Below the pieces are notes generated by a model that had not been told where the DNA came from, searched no databases, and saw nothing but the letters and a program-made list of their open reading frames with translations. A stretch of 64,000 nt of DNA from Yuukianura sp. NJ FZ-2021 (Eukaryota). How positions within the stretch are numbered: the first letter of the stretch is position 1; every line of letters begins with the position of its first letter. Of this stretch, positions 53,499-64,000 are shown piece by piece. A program made the position numbers and the translations under genes. The stretch is from NCBI GenBank assembly GCA_046563655.1, contig CM102285.1, forward strand, positions 3,720,001 through 3,784,000, given 5' to 3'.

Positions 53499-55261
53499 AT
53501 GGAACAATTAGGGGTCAAACGAAGAAAGACAGGTCACGCTGGGGGTCAAACAGTGGAAATTTTTAACGCAACTATTAGTTCTACTGCGAAAATGGAAATG
53601 GACGTAGACAATAAGGGCTCAATCCAATCAATTTACGACGCGGTTTTCAAAAATTTTCTGGTAAGTCACGACTCCACTTCAATTTTAATAAGGCATAATG
53701 AACAAATTTTACGAAATTTTTGGGAAGTTGCATTACATCAAAATTTTTAGTAATTTGCAAGTTGCAATTTAGGTTTTGAATTTTTCAAAATTACGTTGCA
53801 ATTTCCAGCGGAGTTTCAAAAAGTCCAAGAAACTGTCTTGATTTTGAAGTCTTTTTTAATGCAATTTTTAGATTGTGCAAAAACTCTGCAGTTTCGTGGG
53901 TCTGAATGACATGAAGAACATGAGATCCGTATGTTCCCACTGGAACTACGAAGTAGCTACAGTCATGTTTGGACGCGCATGGTGCCCCCTGATGTCAGAC
54001 GAAAATGTCTCGAATGACATTTCACGCTTCATGCGTGAAGCTCACGCCATGCCAAATTTGAAACGAATCAAGCAATTCAAACTGAAGTACATGAAGCTAA
54101 CAGATGCAAATATCAGGAAGACGAACATTGACGAGTTTTTTAGGAAGCATGGATATCGCATGAAACGACTGTCACTGAGACGATGTTGGCTGGACAAAAG
54201 TGGAGAATTCTGGAAAAATTTGGTCAGAATCAGCAAGTGGACGAACGAACTGCAGGAGTTGATTTTGGACGAAAACTGGTTCATCGAAACAAAAACGCCG
54301 TCGGACAGTTGGGGTCTACCGTCACGACATAAAATTAAAAAGCTGGAATTTATCTCAGATCAGTCCGAAGGAGCTTTGCCTTGCGCACTAAGCGAACTCT
54401 GGAAAGAGTTTCCAATTTTGGAGGTAAAGGTCACGGGGTCATTGACCAAATTCATATTTTTGTGGAATTTGCAACATTTTTATGTATTTATATATAAATT
54501 CTGCTTTTGTTTACAAAGACGCTTCGATTAGTGGATTTGACAGAAGAGGAGAACTTGGTGCTGCTGGAGTCAATGAATCCTGGAAAATTCAAAAATTCGA
54601 AACCTCCAGTCATTCTAAAAGAACTGGACATGTTTGGAGAAAAGTAAAATAATATAACTTATACTTTTAAATAGTATTTTTATAATATATTTTAATATCT
54701 ATGCTTTTTTCTTTGTACAGGGAGTACTCTGTTCGAGAAATTCCAATCAATCAACTGAAACTTTTCTGCGAACTGAACCTTCCGTTGACCAAACTGACGA
54801 TTGACATTGGGGAGAACATTCTTCCTGGAAACTTCCAGCAACTACTGCTTGCATACTGCTCGACACTGAAGGAACTCGTGTTTTGGCGGGGACTTTTGTC
54901 AAATAAGATCAAACATCCAGGATTTCCATTCGGAGTGACTCTGCCTGTCCTGGAAGTCCTAGAAATTCCACAAAATTGTCTCGTCAACTTCAACTTCATT
55001 CATCATTTGCCAAAACTCAATCGATTAACGATTCGCCAGTGCGACCTCAATCCGATTTCGCACGAAACTGATTTGTTTTCTTTTCCCTACAGTTTCAAGG
55101 AATGGAGAACATTTATCCATGAACCTTGCAAAACTCTTAGAGTGCTCAAGATTGAATTCAAGGTCACCGAGGAAAACATTGAATTTTTGCGTGGGATATT
55201 CCCAAATGTTCGCACTTTTACAACATTTTTGGGCCAGGAAATGGAAATGCTGGTATTTTAA
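53499..55261 (+). CDS. F-box/leucine-rich-repeat protein
   Basis: F-box-like IVQKLCSFVGLNDMKNMRSVCSHWN, followed by LRR-like units (MKRLSLRRC, LQELIL, LTKLTID, LKELVF, LEVLEIP, LPKLNRLTI). Confidence 0.75.
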
Positions 55262-55964
55262 AAAACACATTTTAAAACAAAGTGAAAATAAGCGGTGGAA
55301 ATAATTTTAACTCATAAAAGGACTACTTACTACGGTGTGTCTCTTACAAGAATTTTAAGCATTCGAATATGCTAATAGTTGAAGAAAAATTGTACCCTTT
55401 CTTTTAAAGAATTTTATTTAATTTCAATCTATATATATTTTAATTATATGTTAGGTTTACTATATATATATATACTATTTCAATGTCTTTTGGTAATTGG
55501 TGGTTGGTTGTATGATAAGATCATGAGTAACTTTACATGTGTTTATCAAATTGCATGGGGTTATTCGTTTTATTCTTTTAGCTCATTGAAAAATTTGAAA
55601 TCAAATAAATTTTAAAACTTTTAATTTTACAAAATAGTTTAAAAATTCGACGTCAACCAGTGTTCCCAATTCCGGTCACATTTTAGAATTTTTGTACTAG
55701 CCTGTACCTAGCCGGTCGATATTTGACAAATTTTTGAAACCCGAACAAACTGAAACCCAAAAACTGTTGTTCTAACAATTAGATAAACGACATTCATGAA
55801 AAAATTTTTCACTCGAAGGTCTAAACCACCGAATTTTTAAAAAGAACGGAACCTAAAAAATTTTTAAGATTCCTAAAAATAAGTTTCGAAAAATGAAAAG
55901 CTGTATTCCCTTTGTCTCTAATCAAGTATTTGTTACTTTTCGTGTGCAAAAACATGACATATTG

Positions 55965-56070
55965 AGAGTTGACTTTGAATATTTCGAGAACGACAGTTCA
56001 AAATTAAGAGTTGACTTTAAATATTTCAAAAACGACTGCCAAAATTCAGAGTCGACTTTGCGTATTTCGA
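55965..56070. repeat. Degenerate ~41-42-bp tandem repeat (about 2.5 units)
   Basis: GAGTTGACTTTGAATATTTCGAGAACGAC / GAGTTGACTTTAAATATTTCAAAAACGAC / GAGTCGACTTTGCGTATTTCGA. Confidence 0.55.
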
Positions 56071-56984
56071 TAACTCTGCGCTTGCGCATGAGGTATGTTA
56101 AGAAAGAAATTTGGCAAGCAATATACGTTGAATCCAATTCTTCCTCTAAAAGTGAGAATTCAGTTGAATTCTCTTCATTCAATTGCTTGTAAAAATTAGA
56201 TTTCAGGTTAATTTAACTTAGTACATCTAAAAAAAAAGGCTTCAGTTGAATTTTTCACAACTCAGCTAGTACCTCTTTAAAGTTGTGCAAATTTTGAATG
56301 TCATGCTGTACTATAATCTGTAAAAATTCTTTACACCTAGAGTATTTATGACACTCTATTCAGGTAGTGGTATAATTTCTGAAGTAACTTAGAAGTTTAA
56401 CATTTTCGCACTTTGCAAAAGTGGTAAATACGTAAAATTAGCTTTGTACATAATTTTAATGTAATAGCTGCGATGCGATGATGTTGATTCGCATTGTCTA
56501 TGGTTCTTTTTGCATTCATTCTCTTTGCTTCAACCCAAAATCACCAAATTCTTAGGTTTAGCTGCCCTCAATTTTGTTAGAAGACTAGAAATGTAGTTAA
56601 CGCAAGCCAAAGTTGCATCACATTGTTTCTATTCAGTGTAACTATCACTATCGCTTCCATTTTGTAACCAGTGATAATGACGGTGCGTACAAAACTTATA
56701 AAAGTCGTCAACTCACCCAACAGTTTTATTGTAGCGACGCAGCCACGGGTAGGCATAAATGGTAGTTGCACCGGAAGACCACAATAGATAGATCGTAGGT
56801 TTACCTCAACCGCAAACGAGAATCACATTGAAAAAAGACCACCACCACCACCACCATGTGCTTTCCTGTGTTTTGGTAAAATTCTTTTCTGCTTACTTGA
56901 AGTAGAATTGTCAAGTTTTAGTACGATTTCCAGTTTTGCCGTGAACAATTTCCTTCTAAGAACGACAGTTAACGCTACAACGGG

Positions 56985-59379
56985 ATGCCGTTAGCAAATT
57001 TGGTGGTAGATGCAAATGCATTCATAAAAGGATATGCATTGGAGGTAAGCCGGTCAACCATTTTTGGGTCTCTTTACAGTTTACACAGTCCAACCAGCCG
57101 CATTGGCCATTTCGGATATTTAGACAATCTCTGAGTATGTAATCTACGTTTTGTGTAAACGGTTTGCGAAAATTGCTATACTCATTCTCATGTTTTCATT
57201 GTCTGCTAATTTAGACACTGGCGTCTACAATTTATACCGTGCCGGATGTCATCAAGGAAATTCGCGATTCAGCAACAAAACAACGGTTAAAGTTTACTAC
57301 TTACAATCTGCAGCTTCTGGAACCTTCTTCAGAAAATATCAAACGAGGTACGTCCTCCGACTCCGAGTGGTTGGTGAATTCTTATACTGTTCGTTGTCTC
57401 CCTCTAATATCGATTTTATTGAATCTTGTAGCGAGCGAATACGCTAAGAAAACAGGAGACTATTCCAGCCTGTCGCTAGTTGACATCAAAGTCATCGCAT
57501 TGGCAATCCAAATACAAGAGCAGTTCAGCCCAGTGTCCTTTAAGGAGGCTGCCGTAAAAACGGTGATTGGAAGCGGAGGAGGGCCAAAAAATGCAGAAGA
57601 TACGAATCTTCCAGTGGGGTTTTACATGCCAAAATTAAACCTTGGAAAGCATAATTCACATTTTCAACATCATTCCTATGCCGAGGGATACTCGTTCAGC
57701 GACAAGGACGTTAAACTCTATCGAAAACTCGAGGGAGTTGAGATTGAAGATAACTTCATATACCTCAAACGTTGGATGGGACATGTCAAGCTGTTGCTAT
57801 TAGCTCAGGTCGATAGTCTTCAGCAAGCGTCGGATGATCGTAATAACGAAGAAGATGAAGGCATTGAAGGTTTAGAATCGGAACTACACGAATCTGATTC
57901 TGGATTATCCGAGGAAGATGAAGAGAATGATGAGGCCGATTCCGACGATGGCGGCTGGATAACCCCATCAAATTATAAGGCCAAGAAACAAGTCGAACAA
58001 GTTGTGTCTGTTCCGGTGGGAGTACTCTCCACGGATTTCGCTATTCAGGTAATCAATCAATAATTATAGTTTGACTTTTTATTTTTGATCCTTTGTTGAT
58101 TGCATTTTCTCAACCAAGAATCAGTTACAGGGAAAATTAGGCGGAATGTGTGTTCCCGTAACTTATTACGTTACTGCGAAATTAATTACTGATAAGAAAA
58201 TAACGAAATTAACAAAAAATATTTTGATTGAAATCGTAATGCCTAGCTGTGGATGTGGATCTTTCTTTTAATCAACAGAAAACGTAATTTCGCAACGTTG
58301 CGTCGTTGGGGTTTCCGTCCTTGGCCTCGTAGCCGAAGATATGGTACAAGTTTTAATTTTCAATCCCTGATTTCCGAGTGTTGGCAAACGGATTTGCTGG
58401 CGAATCTGATATCAGTCGATGCCAAATTTTGTCTAGTTTTTAAAACAGTCACTAGTTTTGCAAAAATACTAAAGCATTAATTCGAAATATTTAAAGAAAA
58501 TGCTAGTACAATTGACAAAGTCGCAGTGACAGAAGGTTGGGTCGGCACGGGCTGCTACCCACCCGAATAAAATTTTTACGAAAAGCGGCAACACTGTACA
58601 TATCCAAACTGCATTAAAAATCAAAGAAATTGAACTTTGGGTACAATTTCAGGATTTGGTGGTCAAATGTACACTAATTTAAAGTTCAGGTTGGTCTGTT
58701 TTCCAACTTTTCTTTTAACTAATAACTGAACTACGCTGTACCATTTAGTCCGATTCGTTCCGTACAGTTGCGTTCAGTCATCGAAATTGCTATTAGCAAC
58801 GCAACTTTTTCGAAATAAACAAAGGATCAAAAATAAAAAGTCAAACTATAATCACAGTATGTGAGCAATACTGCCGTCGCCTTGTACTAATCGCTTCGAT
58901 AATTTCAGAATGTCGTACTTCACACGAATATCCATTTGGTATCTCCAGATGGAAATAAGATTACAACTCTTCGTTCCTACATTCTTCGTTGCTACACATG
59001 TTTTGAGAAGACAACCCAATTTACGAAACAATTTTGTCCACGTTGCGGTAACAAGACGCTGAGGAAAGTTTCCGTTTCAGTTCAGGAAGATGGCTCAATG
59101 AAGTTACATTTCTCGAAGCGATTTGTCGTTTCAACTCGAGGCAAGAAATTTTCTCTTCCGACTCCACAAGGGGGTAAACATGCCATCAACCCAATTTTAT
59201 CCGAAGATCAGCCAGTGCCACAAGAACGACGGAGTAAGAAAACGATGGCACGTGAAAGTGGTCCTTTCACGATGAATGACATTAGTTCGCGCTCATTCTT
59301 TGTTAAGGACAACACAACCCACTATTGGGACATGCGAAATCCAAACGAGGTCAAGGGCAAGGGACGAAAAAAGAAGTAG
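56985..59379 (+). CDS. NOB1: RNA-binding protein NOB1 (18S rRNA D-site endonuclease)
   Basis: PIN motifs VVDANAFI, VIKEIRD, KKTGDYSSLSLVDIKVIAL; DDGGWITPSN; STDFAIQ|NV; zinc ribbon LRCYTCF...FCPRCGNKTL; PTPQGGKHAINPILSEDQ. Confidence 0.95.
58063..58852. mobile_element. Non-autonomous TIR element in the last NOB1 intron
   Basis: ATTATAGTTTGACTTTTTATTTTTGATCCTTTGTT matches its exact reverse complement ending at 58852; TSD is ambiguous (TA or AT). Confidence 0.75.
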
Positions 59380-59498
59380 ATGTTTTTTCTATCATTTAAC
59401 ATTCGATTCTCTTTTTTAATAAATCAAGTTAGTGTATTCTCCTATTCTCTTGCCCCGAAAGGTGAATTTTAAGGTAGAACTTACTTGTTGTAATTTAT

Positions 59499-60371
59499 TA
59501 GGGATGCCCCGATACATCGGTTGGCCGATACATATAGGCCTATTCTTGGCCTGTTTTTTAGAATAGGTGGATCGGCCGAAAAAATTTTTGGCCAGTTAAA
59601 CTGGCCTGTTTTTACCTATTCTTTTTACTCAGAAATTTATTAGAAATTTCACGAATTTCATCGAAAAATACTGAACTAACAAATTTTAAACAAGATTTAG
59701 CTGACCTAGGATGCTGTTTTCGGTGAATTAGTGAAAAGAAAGAAGTTAAAACTGTATAAAAGGTTAACTTAATTTAAATTACACACGTGAACCCTTGTTC
59801 TCCTATTTAAAAAAAACTTGACAGAACGACGTGGAGTCATCTGTGGGCATTACTGTGTACAGTGTTGCTGGATATCCACTTTTTCAACATTTCATCCACG
59901 GCTGGATATCCAGTGGAAGAAATGGACGAAATGGATAAATCCAAAGGGGCGGAGCTTTGCCCGTAGGGTATGCATAATTTGATAATCAAGAACGGAAAAA
60001 ATCAAAAACAATGCAAAAACAACCGGAAATCGTGCTAAAATAAGTTAAAATAACAAAACCAATTAAGCAAAAGCGGTTTAAATAATTAATTAAAGTATTT
60101 CCTATTATTTAACTTAAATTTATTTGAAATTGGCGCTGAATTTTTGAACTCAGCTGATTTCTTCCATCCACCGTCCAGTAGGACCCCATTTCATCCACTG
60201 GATATCCAGTGGAAGTGGCAATTAAGCCACTGGACGTTTAAGCATCCAGCAACACTGGTAGGAAAAAAAACCGGCCGATGTATCGGCCGATGTATAGGTT
60301 TGCCTGTTCTTGGATTTGGAAAAAAACAGGTGTATCGGGTATCGGCCAAACCAAGAATCGGGGCATCCCTA
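59499..60371. mobile_element. hAT-type MITE (TAGGGATG termini) carrying a nested second MITE
   Basis: TAGGGATGCCCCGAT / ATCGGGGCATCCCTA; perfect 8-bp TSD TAATTTAT; CGGCCGAT subterminal repeats. Confidence 0.85.
59860..60257. mobile_element. Nested copy of the 50534-50923 MITE family
   Basis: CAGTGTTGCTGGAT...ATCCAGCAACACTG; internal sequence is the reverse complement of 50534-50923; no 8-bp TSD seen. Confidence 0.8.
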
Positions 60372-60658
60372 TAATTTATAACTTGTTAACTACCTACCTT
60401 ACGAAATTTCGAGCATAAGGAACAAAAAAGAGATAGGCATTTTTTTTTAATGCTTCCTCTTTTATTCTATTCTACAATATTCTATTCTTCTCTTTTAAAA
60501 AAAATCTTCGTATTCGTTGTCACCTTGACATTTTTCTTGGCAAATCTCAAACTTGTTGGGTAACGTATATAGCAATGTTTTGGGCTTTTACTTATAAACA
60601 CTTGCACGTAACCACAAATGTTCGGGTTTTCAGGAGTAGATTCAAAATTTATTAGCCA

Positions 60659-63555
60659 ATGTCGAAGAACGTTACATACAGTGAAGTAAATTTACTGTAT
60701 GAAGTTGGATACGAAACTGTCATTTTCTGCGTGTGCGGCGCCTTTCTCTGGCTTATGCTCGTCGTCTTTCTCTACAGGGCTGAAATTCAATTTAAAAAAC
60801 GACGAAGAGGGGTAAGTGACAAGTTCCGTTTAATCTAATCATACTAACTACTAATGTGTGTCCTAAAAAATAATTAATGTCTGTTTCTTATGATATAGCT
60901 CGCTAGGTTTCATGAACAGCCTTTTGATGAAGACGAAGAGAGCAGTACAACTACGAGATACATGATCAGTTTCTTCACTTCCGGCGTCCACAACAACTTC
61001 AAGGGTCCCCCAACAGGCAGAGTCGTAGTTCATCTACTAGGTTCTATATTTCCAGGGAAGGTAATTGCATAACAAGTGCTTCATTTTTGTCAGAGATCAG
61101 ACTACATTCTTAGTATCTCAATGTAATTCAAATGTATATGTACTTTTAGATCCACGAGCTGCGAGCGTCTGAACCGGAACAAGACATGAAGCTATTCTCA
61201 CCGTTGGGGAGTGAGAAGTTTCTTGTGACGGAAGACGTTAGGCTTGGAAGACTAATTGGAATCGTTTTGAGAACGGAGGTGGAAGGACCGCAACCATTTT
61301 GGTAGCACATTACTACATGAAGTTAAACTTAGTTTGTGGATGAATTATTTGTAATCTGTACTCTGTACAATATTGGATTTTGATAGGAATTGTACCACGA
61401 CAATTGTTCGCGATGTTAAGACAAATGAAGCCTGGTTCTTCCGCGTTAACCACGAAATTGGTTTTCCACCTCGACTGTTCCAACCGGCAACACAAGAGGA
61501 GCTATGTGCTTTTAAAACCTCGCTATATCGAAGAATTCGTCGTGAAATTCGCAACGGTCAGTTCGGGTTTTTCAGCTTTCTGTTCAGGTTAGCGCATATA
61601 CCACCAGGGATTGACTATTCCAGCGTAGATGTGGCTGCCACTGTTCTGCTGAATGACCTTTGTTTTGTGAAATTCAAGGTCGCAACTGTCAGTCTATACT
61701 TATCCACAGCGCTGGGTCACTTCCTTAGGGCTTTACTGCCTATTCTTCGTAACATGCTTCCTGTTCTTAGGTAAGATGATTATTGATTTTGATCTGGTCA
61801 AAATAAGCTAATTTTTGTTAAATTCCCCGCAGATTTCGTGTTTTCACCTGGGCATTCTGTTCGAGATCAACAAACTTTCGGCACTGTCCACACATACCTC
61901 AATCCAACACCTATCCGGCCCAAAGTATCGCTTCTCACTTACAGAATTGGTTTCGCTGGACAATGATTTGGCTTCATCCCTTCATTTTAAAATGTGCGTT
62001 TATTGTGTTCTTAGCCCGGTAAACCTGGAGTTTACGTTTTATATGGAGAATCCGCAGCCAGTTATTGGATCATACATGCTGTAATTCCAGCTTTGATTTC
62101 GTCTTGCATCACAAGCTTCATTGGATTTTTGATGATTTCATTCTTCAGGTAAGATTTTATTTTTCATAACTGAACTAAATCATCCTCATTTGTAAGATCT
62201 CATCAATCATTTAGAGACGAATAATTGTTGGTTTTGTTTGATCCCCGTAGAGAAGCTTCAAAATTTGAAACCCACTTTGACGAAATGGATTATGTCATTG
62301 GAACGGCGTTGTTTGAACAAAGTCGGAAAAAAGCAGCGATGGAGTTGAAGGCTAAAGCAATCTTGCGAGATTTCGATGAAGCTAGTCAAAGTAATTCAAA
62401 CTTACTTAAAAGATTGGTTTAAAGTACAACTTATTGTATCGTTTTAGAAACGAGCAGAACTGCCCAAATTGAAGCATCTGAGGCGGGTTCCGACGATGGT
62501 TCATTGGAAGCCAGTTCCGTCTACTACCCGGTAGGGCATGATCCGCCCGAGGTGCCGGACGAAGACAAAAGTATTTACAGGCTCGCTGGTTTTCTCAGAG
62601 GAATGACCAAGAAAACACTTGTCTTCATGAAATTGAGAAAGAAATCAGTAGAGTCCGGTCATACATTAAGTCCGTCAATTCCGGAGTCATCGCCGCCCGA
62701 GCGAGATGAATTCCGGCCAAACCACCCGAAACGCTCCTCAATTGTGGATGAAGCTGCTGATCGACAAGTTGTTTTCTTGGAGCCAGAATTGTTGCCATAT
62801 CAGCAACGACAAATCATGCGCAGACTGTTCTTGGGAATTGATGAAAGAGGAAGTTTCCGCAGGCCGAGTGGATCCCTGGGTAACTTAAGGCTGAATTCAC
62901 AGAACTTCATGACCTTTAATGTCGTTGAGCCGCCCAAGGAGTCCAAAGGACCGAAGTATGACTTGGGGTATCTAAAGGGAGTTCGGAAGTGGTATCAACC
63001 AGTTACAGCTTGGTAAGCAATTTCAGCACACATGAGCAAAAAATCTTAACTCAAACTCAACCGTGACTGTTACATGTTGACAAGATTCATGCATGTTTAC
63101 ATGTTGAAGTTTACAATTTGGTCAATTTTTTAGTTGAAAAGCGAAAAATTGTCAGTTTAAATACTAACAACGAAAATCACTAATTTCTACTAAAATTTTT
63201 AGTTGAATTTTACTTTTTCTTAGGCTTCTTGTCATCACGGTCATCATTATGTCGGTCACTTTCGCCGTTTTTGTGGCAGTGAAAGGGAACTTTCACTTTA
63301 AGAGGGCTCGCGGAGACAAATTCGTCGAGACTCTGCTTTCGGCGTTGGTGATTGGACTTTTAGTTGGAACATTCATATGTGAACCACTCAAGATTTTTTT
63401 GATTGCTTTGTGGAATGCCATCAAGGATAAGGTATACGCTCTTGCGCTTGAGTATAATTTTAGATTTGTAATGAATTTGATCGAAGTGTGGATTTGTTTT
63501 GCAGAAAATTTATAAGCGGATAGAAAAGATGACACAAAAACGCAACGCAATCTGA
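60659..63555 (+). CDS. Polycystin-1-like protein consisting of TM1-PLAT-TM2-TM5 only
   Basis: TM1 (VIFCVCGAFLWLMLVVFLY); PLAT (YMISFFTSG..VVVHLLG..EKFLV..LGRLIGIVL..W..IVRDVKTNEAWFFRVN); YTYPQRW plus TM2; TM3; TM4; TM5 CEPLKIFLIAL (cf. PKD1 EPLKV); predicted stop at 63553-63555. Confidence 0.7.
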
Positions 63556-64000
63556 CGTTCATTAATTAATTGTGGCAGTATTCGACGACAAAATCTAAAC
63601 TCGTCCGCTTTTTCCAACTAAAATCCGCTGCTTTTTTTCTACCACTCTCTTTTGTTAATTACCCTTTGTGATTTGTGAATTATTCATTTCAGTAAGAATG
63701 AAATTCTGCATTTCCGTATTTCTCAGTTGTAAATTCATTGTTATGCTGGCTCTGCGTCTAAAACTGTGATTTTTTACTCGAGTATTATGTACGATAAGCA
63801 TTACGATTTGGTTTAGATTATAAGCTTACGGCCCATGTATTGTTGGATTTGAACATAATGCTTAATTAAGACTTGGAACTGAATGTCTTCAAGCTTCCAT
63901 CTCAAGGGATTGAAGTGCTAAGAATTAACGTCAAACATGGAATTGTTCTTGAACGGTGTGAGAATCTCCCCCTGGCTGAATAATGATACTGTTAACTCCA

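Noticed and set aside
1-64000. CRISPR arrays, operons, rRNA or tRNA genes
   Set aside because: None seen; the window is intron-containing eukaryotic DNA and its repeats are TIR elements or tandem duplications.

Overview
Gene-dense eukaryotic (arthropod-type) nuclear DNA: AT-rich, with short GT-AG introns, an F-box/LRR gene and a JHBP/takeout-like gene. A springtail-like hexapod is a plausible source, but that is only an inference. About 15 spliced genes can be read: JHBP-like (+), a divergent pair of small glycine-zipper paralogs, MTG2/GTPBP5 (+), SLC20/PiT (-), DNAJC13/RME-8 (-), tektin (-), a penta-EF-hand peflin/ALG-2-like gene (+), an unknown acidic protein (-), LTA4H (+), a frameshifted nAChR alpha-like gene (-), omega-class GST (+), F-box/LRR (+), NOB1 (+) and a minimal PKD1-like gene (+). 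About ten non-autonomous DNA transposons lie between or inside them, several with clear TIRs and TSDs. The most unusual observations are: (1) an eEF1B-alpha-type GST-C-like domain inserted in frame in NOB1; (2) two tandem, alternative two-exon N-terminal cassettes in SLC20, each carrying the GANDVAN signature; (3) a head-to-head pair of leaderless glycine-zipper proteins shaped like membrane-inserting effectors; (4) a PKD1-like protein reduced to TM1-PLAT-TM2-5; (5) an in-frame presequence-like extension on LTA4H; (6) a nAChR with an intact ligand-binding domain but frameshifted M2/M3. Exon boundaries were inferred by eye and no database searches were run.
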